DNA from: Paraspadella gotoi
Lineage: Eukaryota > Animalia > Chaetognatha
Reading direction: 5' to 3'
Length of the DNA: 64,000 nt
Assembly (NCBI GenBank): GCA_051294375.1
Contig: CM119269.1
Location: 23,045,497 to 23,109,496, forward strand
Position numbers and translations under genes: made by a program. The notes beneath the pieces are model-generated. The model saw only the letters and a program-made list of their open reading frames with translations. It was not told where the DNA came from and made no database searches. Positions 1 through 13,175 of this stretch are shown piece by piece (positions within the stretch are counted from its first letter, which is position 1; the number at the start of each line of letters is the position of its first letter).

Positions 1-155
1 AGAGAGAGAGAGAGAGAGAGAGAAAGGGCGGATAGTTCAACAAGTTTTATCACCCCTGGGACAAATATATTTTGGAGATATTTCTAGGGCGGAGCGAAAG
101 CGGACGCAAAAAAAAATGTGGTTGTAAAAAACCATCGGGTATCGTTTGTAGGTTA

Positions 156-235
156 TGGTCGGTCGGTCTATTGGTCGGTCGGTCTATTGGTCGGTCGGTC
201 TATTGGTCGGTCGGTCGCTAAACTGGTCCGTCGAT
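156..235. repeat. (GGTC)n/TATTGGTCGGTCGGTC tetranucleotide tract in netrin intron, probable non-autonomous Helentron/DINE-like remnant
   Basis: Visible tandem GGTC units. Similar tracts occur at 31205-31370, 49880-49960 and 58765-58785. Confidence 0.5.
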
Positions 236-284
236 TGGAATTAATAATAATGATAATTCTCCCATCCTCCGTTCACAACTCCAG

Positions 285-517
285 GCCAACGTCGTCTCGC
301 GTGAGAACATGGACGGTGAATGGGTGAAATTCACGGCCAACGTGGAAAACGTTTTCAAATCACGAAACGTGAAATTAAGACGAGGAAAACCTGAGACGCT
401 CTGGGTCTCGTTGTCGGATTTGGCTTGCAAGTGTCCCAGGATCCGCCACTCCAGAAAGTTCTTGATCATCGGGCATCAAATCAAGAATGGGCGGGAGGGG
501 ATCACTTTGGATAGAAG
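285..517 (+). CDS. ntn1: Netrin (UNC-6/netrin-1 family), penultimate coding exon, NTR/C345C domain
   Basis: CAG acceptor at 282-284 and AG|GTGAGG donor at 518. Translates ANVVSRENMDGEWVKFTANVENVFKSRNVKLRRGKPETLWVSLSDLACKCPRIRHSRKFLIIG...ITLDR, matching netrin C-terminal motifs (WxKFT, RRG..LW..D.ACKCP.I). Confidence 0.93.
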
Positions 518-721
518 GTGAGGGGATTATCTGGGGATCGGGTTTGGGGATTTTGGGGTTTGGGTTCGGGAAAGGAAATGAGGGGAAGGTTTTGGGATTA
601 TGGGATCGTAAAAAATGAATCAATTTAAAAACTTGTAATAATACTAGGTAGTAATGAAATATATATATATATATATATCGATAAATAATAGCTATAATTA
701 GCTATTTTAACAATTTTCCAG

Positions 722-812
722 GACAATCGTGATCGATTGGAAAGACGAATGGGCCAGACGCCTTCGGCAGTTCGCAAGATATGAAAGAAAGAAGAAATGT
801 TTAAGGGCTTAA
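722..812 (+). CDS. ntn1: Netrin, last coding exon
   Basis: TTTTCCAG acceptor ending at 721, phase 2 matches the previous exon. Encodes RTIVIDWKDEWARRLRQFARYERKKKCLRA*, like the netrin-1 end [24 protein letters not shown]. Stop TAA at 810-812. Confidence 0.93.
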
Positions 813-907
813 ATCAGGCGGTTGTGGGCTTGAATCAGGCCGTTTTGGACTCGGATCAGGCGCGGGTCTGGGTTTGAATCAGGCGCGGATCTGGGTTTGA
901 ATCAGGC
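805..907 (+). repeat. Five 21-23 bp tandem units GGGYTTGAATCAGGC at the start of the netrin 3'UTR
   Basis: Units start at 805, 826, 847, 870 and 893. The first contains the netrin stop codon. Confidence 0.8.
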
Positions 908-1659
908 TAACCCATCACTTTGATTGAGGCATCAAAAAATTAAAATCACAAGCATTACTTCACGATATCTGATTTGGTCATATTTTTATTCATTTCGTGG
1001 TTTTTCCCTTTTTCTCCCTACTTCGGGAGTAATGTGGTAGTATTTATATTTCTCTCTCTCTCTTTGTTTAAACTTTGTTTGAATTGTAAATTTTTTGTAT
1101 CGAGTCCGCTGAGCTTTTTAAAAATGCCCTGGATACTGCAGAAGCCGGTATCTTTCACTATAATGTGTTTTTTTAATACTCTTCCCATTCCCTTTATTCG
1201 GTCTCTTGATCGCAATATCTGACAAAGCGAATCAATTTTGAAATCTTTTTTAGAGTAAAATGGTAAAGCTAAAGTTTTAATTGAAACAATAAAAATGGTT
1301 TAAATTAGTTTATAAGTTTAGTAAAAATTTAAAACCTAAAAAAATGCAAAAAAATTGTGTTTTTGATTGTATAGAAAAATTATTTATTAACCCGTTTCAT
1401 TGTTTATTCTAATTCTTAACGATGATAAAAATGATGGTTATTAATTGTTACTCAAATTCGTCGCGTCCTTATTTGTAAATAACATTTATAAACATTATCA
1501 GACAACTTATCATAAACGCTTTAATCAATGCTCTTTGTGTATTGTGAACCGTTCTTAAAATCAGTATTACTGCGTCTAATTACAGGTGAAATGGCCTACA
1601 TTGGCCTACAATGGACTTTGGATAAAAGAAATAAATGTATTAAATAGAAAAGTCAAATG

Positions 1660-1945
1660 ATGAAATGGAAGGAAAAATGAGAAAAAGAAAATAGAAAAGT
1701 TATTAAAAAGGGAATGAAGGAAAAGAAAATAAAGAAAATAGAAAAGTCATTAAGAAGGGAATAAAGGAAAAGATAATAAAAAAATAAAGAAAATAGAAAA
1801 GTTATTTAAAAGGAAATAAAGGAAATGATAATAAAGAAAATAAAGAAAATAGAAAAGTTATTAAAAAGGGAATAAAGGAAAAGATAATAAAGATAATAAA
1901 GAAAATAGAAAAGTTATTAAGAAGAGAATAAAGGAAAAGAGAGTA
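1660..1945 (+). repeat. ~55-60 bp purine-rich minisatellite (AAAAGTTATTAAAAAGGGAATAAAGGAAAAGATAATAAAGAAAATAG)
   Basis: About 5 visible tandem units. A noisy re-copy lies at ~12020-12290. Confidence 0.8.
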
Positions 1946-2706
1946 AAACGGTGATGAGACCGAGTGAACTCAAAATCTTTTTTTTTCACTTTAAAAAATA
2001 ATCTCACAATTTTTTTTCGTCTCCCGATCTTGCCAATGTACTTATCATTACGCTTGTTTTAAAATAATTAATTAATTAATTATCCCCCGCAAGTTACATT
2101 TATTACCCATTCCTTTTCTCTCTTTTTTTTAAAATCCTGTAAATGGTGCAAAAAGTTTCTTTTGTGTTTTTTCTCCCCCAAAATCAATGCAATTCTTCCA
2201 ATTCTGCAAATGAATTTTGACTTCGTCTATTTTTAGTTGACCCTCTCCTCTGACCCCATTTTCTAAGTTACCATTGTATTCGTTTTTTTTATCCTTTGTT
2301 GTGAAATTATCAATAAACAAATCCTAATTAATTAATGTATTCCCCCCAATTCCCTTCCATGTTGCGTGTAATTTTGAAAACTAAAAAAGTATTTGTCAAC
2401 CAAACTTGCAATGTCTACTTTTTTGTTTAGATTAATAAAAAAAATAAATTTAATTAAAACTATAATTATTACGATTTAAACATTCTCATTATTTATTTAA
2501 AAAATAGGCTCTGTAACTATTGTATTTTTTTGTATAAAAACTAAAAAAGAAAATACATCCGCTTTAAAAATTTTTTTTTAAATATGAATAAGAAAACTAT
2601 TTTTTTTCTTTTTTTCTTTTTTTTTACTATAATTTTATTTAAGATTTTTTGAGAAATTTTAAAACCAGAATAATTGAATTCTCGCCTAAAGTGTTAATTC
2701 AATTGA

Positions 2707-2763
<57 letters not shown>

Positions 2764-3038
2764 TCTCTTACCTCTTCTTCTTTTCGTCTCCTCGTCTCTC
2801 TCTTCTCTCTCTCATTCCTTATCTAAACTTTTTATGGTTTTTTCACAACCTCTCTCTCTCTCTCTTTCTTGCCCCTCCTACCTCATTTCTCTCTCTCTTC
2901 TCCCTCTATCTCTCTCTTATTTCGGTGGCCCTCTAAAAAGGAAGCGGTTAATAATAAGAGAAGAATAACAAAGAATGAAACTGCGACTCGCGGGTGCGGG
3001 AGAAAAGCGTCTCTCTTCTCCTCTCTCTCTCCTCCTCA

Positions 3039-3070
<32 letters not shown>

Positions 3071-3312
3071 TCGCTCTCTCTCTCTTTCTCTCCCATCCCA
3101 TTTCAAAAACCATTCAAGCCCAACCCTGTCAAAAAGAAATATTATAAAAAAAAGAACAATTAAAAGAAAAACAAAAGAACGAGAAATTAAGGAATTAAAT
3201 CGTTTTTAATTAATAAAACAATTAATAGTTTCCTTTTGTTATTTTTTTCTCTTCCGTCTTGTGTCTTAATTACCACCTCCTGGGAGCTACTGATAGGGGC
3301 ATTCAATCTTAT

Positions 3313-3360
<48 letters not shown>

Positions 3361-3609
3361 GCTCTCTCGCTCGCTGAACCGGAAGTAATCTTAGGCGACT
3401 GAGTCTTCGGTGGTCCGAATATCGAGAGCCGTGGGTCTTCCTCCTAGTCGTCGTCGTCGTCGTCGTCGTTGCAAAGTGGTGGGTTCCTTATATTACCGTC
3501 TTTAATTCATCTGTAATCCATCTGAAGATGAAAGATGATATATGACTTATAGTATTCAAAAGTGAGAATGATCTATCTGTTAATTAATTATTCAATTCAT
3601 GTAAATGAT

Positions 3610-3765
3610 AAAACCAATATAAAATTATCCATTCATTTAATAAATAAGCTATCTTGCCCCTGACTTTGGACAGGCTTTGGTGGTTTAAGGCCTCCATCAC
3701 TCTTACAAGATAATGACATAGCAGGTCCCTGCAAGCTTTCAATCAAGACTCTCTCACAGTCTCGT
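3610..3765 (+). repeat. Unclassified dispersed repeat (~160 bp, core AGCTATCTTGCCCCTGACTTTGGACAG)
   Basis: Diverged copies at 50940-51025, 54328-54400, 54810-54975 (partly inverted) and 61665-61780, plus the duplicate at 14095-14250. Confidence 0.7.
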
Positions 3766-4348
3766 TTTTGTAATGATAAATTTGTTTTTTTAATATTTTT
3801 CATATTTTTAGTCTGAGCTATTAGTCCTTTAAAAAATTAGTTTCTATTTAATCTTTATAATCATTAGAGACAGAAAATCTGATATTAGCAAAAAATTTTT
3901 TCGTAGAATTTAATTTATAATATTTAATATATAAGTAACTCTAAAGCGTTTGCTATCATACATTCTATTTTCCCTACATTTTCAAATGTTAAACTTTAAC
4001 TTAACTAATTTTAATTTTGAACCTCGAGATTCTAAATCCGAGGATCTATGTAATTTCAAGTCATCCGAATGCAGATGTTGTCGTCGTCGTCGTCGTCGTC
4101 GTTGTCTTCATCGTCTTCGTCATCGTTTGTCTTTGTACTCTTCTTTCCCAATCACATTGAAACCAAGCAATCAAACAACCAATCACTTCTGCCATTCACC
4201 TCGAACCCCGAACTTTCTCCGGCCACTCTCTTCCTTCTTAGCCGATCCGGCCACCTCAGCCCCTTTCCCTGCCTTGTCGGCCTTAATTAGGCTGAGGCCA
4301 CCGGTGGCCTCAAAGACTCATTATCGGATTAACTAATGTTTTGATAAA

Positions 4349-4410
<62 letters not shown>

Positions 4411-4483
4411 TTCTTCTTTGGTCGTCGGTTTAATCTCTGAAGGCGAAAAGCAACTCCGTATCACGTGAGAGAATTTAGAGACG

Positions 4484-4556
<73 letters not shown>

Positions 4557-5582
4557 GTCGGTTGAAAAAACAATGTATGTTGTTTCGATTTTTTTCTATT
4601 TTTCTTTTTCGCTTCAAACAAATAANNNNNNNNNNNNNNNNNNNNNNNNNTCTAACGATGATAAATGATGGTTATTTAATGTTACTCAAATTCGTCGCTC
4701 CTTATTGTAAATAACATTTATAAACATTATCAACAACTTATCATAAACGCTGTAATCAATTCTCCTTGATTGTGGAAACCGTTCTTAAATTCAGTATTAC
4801 TGCGTTCTAATTCATGAAATGCCTACATTGCTACAATGGACTGGAAAAAGAAATTAAAGTGTTATTAAATAGAAAAGTCAAATGATGAAAAGGAAAAGAA
4901 AAGAAAAAGAAAAGAAAATAGAAAAAGAAAGAAAAATAGAGAAAAAAAGAAAAAGAAGAAAAGAAAGAAAAAGGAGAAAAGAAAATAAAGAAAAGTAGAA
5001 AAAGATAAGATAAAAAAGGAAAAAGAAAAGAAAGAAATAAGAAAAAGAAAAATACAGAATAAAGAAAAGAAATAAAGAAAATAAAGAAAAAGAAAGTATA
5101 AGAAGAATAAGAAAGGAGAAAATAAAAGAAAAGATAAAATGAGAACAGAATACTAAAGAAAAGAAAGGAAGGAGAACAGAAAGAAATAAGAAAAGAGAAA
5201 AGAAAGAAAAGAAAAGAAAAGAAAAGAAAAGAAAGAAAGAAAAAGAGGGTAAAAAGAGTCAAGAGTTAAAACGATCACATTCGTGACTCTTGGTCCCTTG
5301 GTGAAAAGAAAGTGTTTTCACCAAGTTCACAAAATGGGGTCACGAAAAATCCCATCGAGAAGAGAATTGTTAAAATCGGGTCTCCATTTGAAAATTCATT
5401 CGTGACTCTGTCACTCTGTTCTCCTTAGACGTTAGGCGATAGGAATAATTATTTGCCAAAAAAGTATACATTACAAAAAATATTTATAGAAGAATGTTTT
5501 AAGGGCGTCTCAAGAATAAAATTTAAATGAGATATTACTGGGTATTACTGGGTAATATGGTTGTCGCTGAAAATGGTACGGT

Positions 5583-6080
5583 CCATTGTTTCGTCATGCT
5601 GATGAATGCAAATTAGATTTAAGTATTTTAACAGCTATTGTATTGGATTTCATATATAATATTGGACAGATTGTATCAGAAAGAGGCATGGCTTTCTCTT
5701 CTCTTCTTTCTTTCTTTTCTTTTCTTTCTTTCTTTCTTTTCTTTTCTTTTCTTTTCTTGTTCTTTTCTTTTCTTTTCCATTGTTCGTCATGCTGATGAAT
5801 CAAATAGATTAAGTTTTTTAAACCAGCTATTGTATGGATTTCATATATAATTTGACAGAATTGTATCAGAAGAGGCAGTGGCTCTTCTCTTCTCTTTCTC
5901 TTTCTTTTCTTTTTTTCTTTTCTTTTCTTTTTTTTCTTTCTTTTCTTTCTTTCTTTTCTTTTTCTTTTCCATTGTTCGTGCATGCTGATGAATGCAAATT
6001 AGATTTAAGTATTTTTAACAGCTATTGTATGGATTTCATATATACATTTGACAGAATTGTATCAGAAGAGGGCATGGCTT
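5583..6080 (+). repeat. Tandem ~190-bp units (CCATTGTTCGTCATGCTGATGAATGC...GTATCAGAAGAGGGCATGG) separated by (TTTTC)n
   Basis: Three units here and two in the inverted copy at 18825-19095. Confidence 0.8.
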
Positions 6081-8141
6081 CTTCTCTTCTCTTCTCTTTT
6101 CTTTTCTTCCTCTCTTCTCTTCTCTTCTCTTCTTCTTCTCTTTCTCTCTTCTCTTCTCTTCTCTTCTTTCTCTTCTCTTTTCTGCTTCAACAAATCTAAA
6201 AAGATTTATTTTACTTTCCTTTTCCATCTGCGCCCTTGACGGGTAAACTCCTTTAAGGCTTCTTTAGGACCTCCCTTTAGCGCACATTGGGCGTGCCCGC
6301 CCTTTTACAGCCCCATTAGGCGCGCCATCTTTGGGGGCCCATTTGGCTCCTTCCTCATTTGGGCGCCGATTCATGTGCCATCCATTAAAATATCTTATTT
6401 AGCGCCTGTAGAGGCACTTGTCATTAAAAGTCCTACTCACTGCGCCATATTAGGTGGCCTGTCATTAAACTATCCTAATTTAAGCGGCCTCATTAATTTT
6501 GTCCAATTGAGGGCCGATTAATTAAATGGCGTTTTAGACATACCTTTTTTTACTAATTTAAACATTCAATTTTGAGTGTTCTTATTTAGTTCTCTATCAA
6601 AGCACTTCTCTGTATTTGGCGCGCGCTCTTTAAACGTCTGCATTTGAGCGCCTTATTTTGGCGCCCACTCAAACACCCCCATTTAAAGCACCTGCCATTT
6701 AACATCTATTTGACGCCTTATTTAGGTGCCCCACTCAAGCGCCCCATTTAAGCGCCTGCCCTTTTCCGCTCGCGAATGACGCACTAAAAAACGCCAGACA
6801 TAAAAACTAAACGCAGAGTTCGTTCATGGTTTGTCGTCGTCGTCGTCGTCGTTGTTGTTGTGTTGTTCTGTCTTGTTGTTGGCGGATAAATAATTTTCTA
6901 TTTATTTCTTTAGATCATTTGACCTAATTTCATCATCGTGATGTAAAAGTAGATTCGTTACACGATTCCCTTCTATCGATTCAAAACAAACTTATTTCTG
7001 AATTAGTTTTAAACAATTTCCATTTATTAGATAGTAAGTCCCGTTGGAGGATTTGAAGGACAAAGCAGAACCATGTCAGCTCATAGCCGAGTTCATTAAA
7101 TCCAAGAAAACATGGTTTCTCATCAAAATAATGTGGTATCATATTCCCTACATTACCTCAGTGCTTAATTTAAATTTTTTTGAATTTTGCTTAAAATATA
7201 GACTTAAAACTTAGGGATAAACTTTTCCCGCTTCACAACTTCAGCAAGTATCACTGCTTCAGCACTTTACGAAGTTGCTTTTTTCCTCCGAGCGAAATTT
7301 TTTCTCAAACTCAGCACAGAAAATGGAAAACAAACCGAAATAGAAGATGGGGACGACGACGACGATGAAGAGGACAGACAACCGACGACGACGACGATGA
7401 AGAGAGACGACGACGACGACGACGACGATGAAGAGGACGACGACGACGACGACAACGACGGATGATGATTAAGATAATGATAATGACATTCGACGGGGAT
7501 TGGTCGGTTGTTGTCTTTTCTTTCTTCTTTATTATTCTTTCTTTTTTTCTTTCTTTCTTTCTTTAGTTTTCATCCAGTTTTTCCACCTTTCCCTCACTTT
7601 TCTTTTCTTTTTTTTTTCTTTCTTTCTTTCTTTGTATCTTTCTTTCTTGTCTTTCTTTTCTTTCTTTCTTTCTTTCTTCTTTCTGTCCTTTATTTTCCTC
7701 TACTCCCAGTTTTTTTCCTAATTTGTTTCCCTTTTTTTCTTTTCTCATTCATGTTTTTTGGTTGAGTTTGCTCAGCAAATCTTTTTTTCAAAGAGTTTCT
7801 CGATTGTCCTGAGAGTGTTCTTCCGTCGCGTCGCTTAGAAAGAGTCTCAGACTTCAGTCAGAAGCACAAAAAACCCAAGTTTTCAGACCAATAGTCTTAA
7901 GCGCTCCTAACCTTTTCATCTTTTGAATTGAAAACAAAAAAATAATTAATGATTTTCCATTTGTTAAAAATGTATGAATGACCTGATGAAGTAAGTTTGA
8001 CTGACACGACCTTTGAGAAGTACAACCTGTCAGCCAATCGTGGAGGATTAATCAACTTTTGTCAGCCCATTGTGTCAATTTTTTGTTTATCAAATCCGGA
8101 ATTATGAATTTATAATGTTTACTTAGGATGTTTATATTGTG

Positions 8142-8838
8142 GTGGGATAAGGCGGTAAGTGGCTGAAGATGATAACCGTAACTTCTATAACCCCCTTTAG
8201 TAGGCCATGGAACGGGTCTGGGCTTGAAACCAGGCTTTGAGGGTTGCCATGCCCCAGGCGGGCTTATACGGGCCGTCCTACGCCTTCCCACAGGGTAGGT
8301 ACCAGGTTGGGATTGAAACCCGGTACCTAGTGGCTCATGAGCTGATGGCTTTTACTACAACTGAGCCACCGGGTCAGGACTGAAGGTTCATCGCTTATAG
8401 GCCGGGGGTGAACCTAAGGCAAGCCGACTACATGCCCCCCAGATTCGTAACCCACCCTGCACGCTCCAGTGGACGGAGGGGAGCAATCTTCAGCACGTCC
8501 ATGGGCCTGGCATCAGAAGGTTGGATACGGCTCGACAGGATGGGCTCACCAGTGTGGATAAGGTGCTAAAGTGGGCTGAACGATGACTATCCGTAACTTC
8601 TATACCCCCTTTAGTAGCCATGCGAACGGGTCCTGGGCTTAGAACCAGGCTTGAGGGGTTGCCACGGCCCCCAAGGCGGCATACGGGCCGTCCTCACGCT
8701 TCCCACAGGGTAGGTACCCAGGTTGGGATTGAACCCGGTACCTAGTAGTCATGACTGATGGCTTTACTCAATGAGCCACCGGGTCAGGACTGAAGGTGTC
8801 ATGCTATAGCGGGGTAACCTAGCACTGCCCCGACTACA
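8142..8838 (-). mobile_element. Complete TRIM (non-autonomous miniature LTR retrotransposon) with tRNA-like Pol III boxes in the LTRs; Helenus/TRIMp3-like
   Basis: Two ~290-bp direct repeats (8142-8432 and 8553-8838) read TGTAG...CCACA on the minus strand. The 120-bp internal region has PBS TGGTGAGCCC (8551-8542), 1 nt after the 5' LTR, and a GGGGGG PPT (8440-8435), 2 nt before the 3' LTR. The empty site is at 16859-16862. Confidence 0.85.
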
Positions 8839-9029
8839 TGCTGCAACATTTATACATCTTAGTCAATTGTGAATCTCGTCTCACAAACATTTTTTGAATC
8901 TTCTTTTGTAAGTCTCACCGTTTTGTGAAGTTTAACCGATTTTCGGGAGAATCTTCCCGTGAGACATTTTAAGGTCGATGTGAATCACTCCTCTATTTTT
9001 TTCTCCCCAAAATTATACTTCAAAATCGT

Positions 9030-11540
9030 AGTGACGAAAACGAACGAGGATAAGACGACGACGACGAAGATGAAGACGGACGACGACGAAGCATGACGAC
9101 GACGAAGATGAAGATGACAAACGCGCACGAAGAGACGACAAAAGAAGACGAAGATGAAGATGACAACGACGACTGAAAGATGACGACGAAGATGACAATA
9201 GACGAGCACGACGAAGATCGACGACAGACTGAAGACGACACGTGAAGACGACACGATGAAAGACGAGTCGACGATATAAAGACTTAGACGACGAAGAGAA
9301 TGGACGACGACGAGTGCATCGAAGACGCGAAGATAAAGACGACAACCGAAACGATGAAGATGACAGACGACGAAGATGACGATGACGAAAGAGAAACGAC
9401 GAGATGAACGATCGACGACGATGAAAGACGACGACGAACGAAGATGGACGAAGAAGATACGACGATGAAGACAGACGACGACAAATGACGAACGAGACGA
9501 AGTGAAGATGATAACGACGATGAAGAGAGACGACGAACGATAACGACGAACGATAGAACGAAGACGACGACGAAGATAAGAGACGACGATGATAGACGAC
9601 GACGAATAAGAACGACGACGACGAGAGATAGAAGACGACGACGAAGCGACAGGATGAAACGAGAACGACGAGAGATGAAGAGACAACAACGACGACGAAG
9701 AATGACGAGACGAAAAGATGAAGATGACAAGACGACCGAAGATGACGACGACGAAGATGAAAAGACGACGATCGATGAAGACGACGAACGATAAAGACGA
9801 CGACACGAAATGATGAAGACGACGACGATAAGACGACGACGATAAAGACGACGACGCACGAAGATGAAGATGACAACGACGACGAAGATGACGACGACGA
9901 AGATGAGACCGACGAACGATGAAGACGACGACGATAAAGACGTGGAACGACGAACGAAGAAGAAGACGAACGACGACTGAAGACGACGACGATAAAGAAC
10001 GACGACGACGAAGATGAAGATGAAACGACGATGAAGATGACGACGACGAGATGAAGACGACGAAGATAAGATGACGACGAGAAGATGAAGACGACGACGA
10101 TGAAGACGACGACGATAAAGACGACGACGACGAAAATGAAAGACGACGCGAGAAGATGACGACGACGAAAGATGAAAGATACAACGCGATGAAGATGACG
10201 ACCGACATAAAGACGAGACGACGACGACGACGAAGAGAAGACGACGACGATGAAGACGACGACGATAAAAGATGATGACGACGACGATAAAGATGATGAC
10301 GACGACGACGACGAAGATGAAGACGATGAGAACGACGACCGACGAGATGAAGAGACGAAGATGCAAGATGACAACGCGAATGAAGATGACGGACGACGAT
10401 AAAGACGATGAACGACGACGAACGACGAACGACGACGAAGATGAAGACGAATGAAGACGAAGATGAACGAAGATGAAGACACGACGCACACACGCAGACG
10501 ATAAAGATGATGAACGACGACGCATAAAGACGATGACGACGACGACGACGAAGATGACGACGACGAAGATAAGATGACAACGACGATGAAGATGACGACG
10601 ACGATAAACGACGATGACGAACGACGACGACGAACGACGAAGATGAAGACGATGAAGACGAAGATGACGACGACGATAAAGACGATGACGACGAACGATA
10701 CGACGAGAAGCTAAGATGACAACCGACGATGAAGATGACGACGACGATAAAGACGAATGAACGACGACGACGACGACGACGAAGATGCAAGACGATGAAG
10801 AGACGAAGAATGCACGAACGACGATAAGACGATGATGGCGACGAAGATGACGACCGACGAAGATGAAGATGACAACGACGAATGAAGATGACGACGGAAC
10901 GATAAAGACGATGACGACGACGACGACGACGACGAAGATGAAGACGAATGAAGCGAAGATGACGACGACGATAAGACGATGACGACGACGACGACGACGA
11001 CGCCACGAAGAGAGACGATCGAAGACGAAGATGACGAAGATGAAGACGACGACGATGACAGACGAACGACGATAAAGATGAATGACGACGACGATAAAGA
11101 CGATGACGACGAACGGACGACGAAGATGACGACGACGAAGAATGAAGATGACAACGACGATGAAGATGACGACGCCACGATAAAGACGGATGACGAGACG
11201 ACGAAACGAACGAGAAGATGAAGACGACGACGATGAAGACGACGCCGATGAAGACACGACGATGATGATTACGAACGACGACGACGGACGAGGATAAAGA
11301 CGAACGACGAGGAAAGACGACGACGAGACCGACGACGAATGAAGACGACGAAGATGAAGGACGACGACGACGAAAGAGAAGACGACAACAACGACGACGA
11401 CGACCGAACGACGCGACACGACAGCCAATCTCACCATTCGTCGTCGTCGTCATCGTCTTTATCGTCGTCGTCATCTTCATCGTCGTTGTCATCTTCATCT
11501 TCGTCGTCGTCATCTTCGTCGTCGTCGTCGTCATCGTATT
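9030..11540. repeat. Complex trinucleotide satellite (GAC/GAT/GAA)n, noisy long-read quality
   Basis: Continuous GACGACGATGAAGATGACAAC-type units with scattered indels. It accounts for the 863-, 717- and 492-aa spurious ORFs. Confidence 0.9.
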
Positions 11541-13138
11541 CGGTCTCTTGATCGCAATATCTATCTGACAAAGCAATCAATTTTGAAATCTTTTTTAGAG
11601 TAAAATGGTAAAGCTAAAGTTTTAATTGAAACAATAAAAATGGTTTTAATTAGTTTATATAAGTTTAGTAAAAATTTAAAAACCTAAACAAATGCAAAAA
11701 AATTGTGTTTTTTGGATTGTTATAGAAAAATTATTTATTACCCAGTTTTAAATTGTTATTCTAATTCTTTAACGATGATAAAAATGATGGTTATTAAAAT
11801 TGTAACTACACCATCGTCGCGTCCTTATTTGTAAATAACATTTATAAACATTATCAGACCAACTTATCATGAAAACGCTTTAATCATGCTCTTGTGTATT
11901 GTTGAACCGTATCTTAAAATCAGTATTACTGCGTCTAATTAAAGGTAATGGCCTAACATTTGGCCTCATGGACTTTGATAAAAGAAATAAATTGTATTAA
12001 TAGAAAGTCAAATGATGAAATGGAAGGAAATGAGGAAAAGAAAATAGAAAGTTATTAAAAGGGAATGAAGGAAAAAAATAAAAAATGAAAAGTCATTAAG
12101 AAGGGAATAAGGAAAAAGATAATAAAAATAAAGAAAATCAGAAAGTTATTTAAAAGGAAATAAAGAAGTGATAATAGAAAATAAAGAAATAGACAAGTTT
12201 ATTAAACAAAGGGAATAAAGGAAACAGATAATAAAGATCATAAGAAAATGAAAAGTTATTAAGAAGAGAATAAAGGAAAAGGAGTAAATACGGTGATGAG
12301 ACCGAGTGAACTCAAATCTTTTTTTTTCTTCACTTTAAAAAATAATCTCACTCACAATTTTTTTCGTCTCCCGATCTTTGCCAAGTACTTATCATTACGC
12401 TTGTTTTTAAAAATAATTATTAATTAATTATCCTGCAAGTTACATTTATTACACATTCCTTTCTTCTTTTTTTTTAAATCCTGTAAATGGTGCAAATAAG
12501 TTTCTTTTTGTTTTTTCTCCCGCCCAAAATCAATGCAAATTCTTTCCAATTCTGGCAAATGGGAATTTTGACTTCGTCTATTTTTAGTTTGACCCTCTTT
12601 CTGACCCATTTTTCTAAGTTACCATTGTATTCTTTTTTATCATCTTTGTTGTGAAATTATCAATAAACAAATCCTAATTAATTAAATGTATTCCCCCCCA
12701 ATTCCTTCCATGTTGCGTGTAATCTTTGAAAAACTAAAAAAAGTATTTGTCAACCAAACTTTGCAATGTCTACTTTGTTTAGCATTAATAAAAAAAAATA
12801 ATTTAATTAAACTATAATTATCTACGATTTAAACATTCTCATTATTTATTTAAAAATAGGCTCTGTAACTAAAAATTTTTGTATTTTTCTTGTAAAAAAC
12901 TAAAAAGCAAAATACATCCGCTTTCAAAAATTTTTTTTAAATATGAATAAGAAAACTATTTTTTTTTTTTTTTTCTTTTTTTTTACTATACATTTTATTT
13001 ACAGATTTTCTTGAGCAAATTTTAAAACCAGAATAAATTTGAATTCTTTCTCGCCTAAAGTGTTAATTCAATTGGAAGGTCTCTCTCTCTCTCTCTTCTC
13101 TTCTCTCTCTCTCTTCTTCTCCTCTCTCTCTCTCTCTA

Positions 13139-13175
<37 letters not shown>

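Noticed and set aside
8142-8838. Tandem dimer of a tRNA-derived SINE
   Set aside because: Copies include sequence upstream of the tRNA head, have fixed TG..CA ends, PBS, PPT and 4-bp TSDs, and lack tails. An LTR structure fits better.
8985-11576. 863-, 717- and 492-aa ORFs, and similar ones at 15129-16732
   Set aside because: They are translations of a (GTC/ATC/TTC)n satellite that lacks stops on one strand. All frames are open and low complexity.
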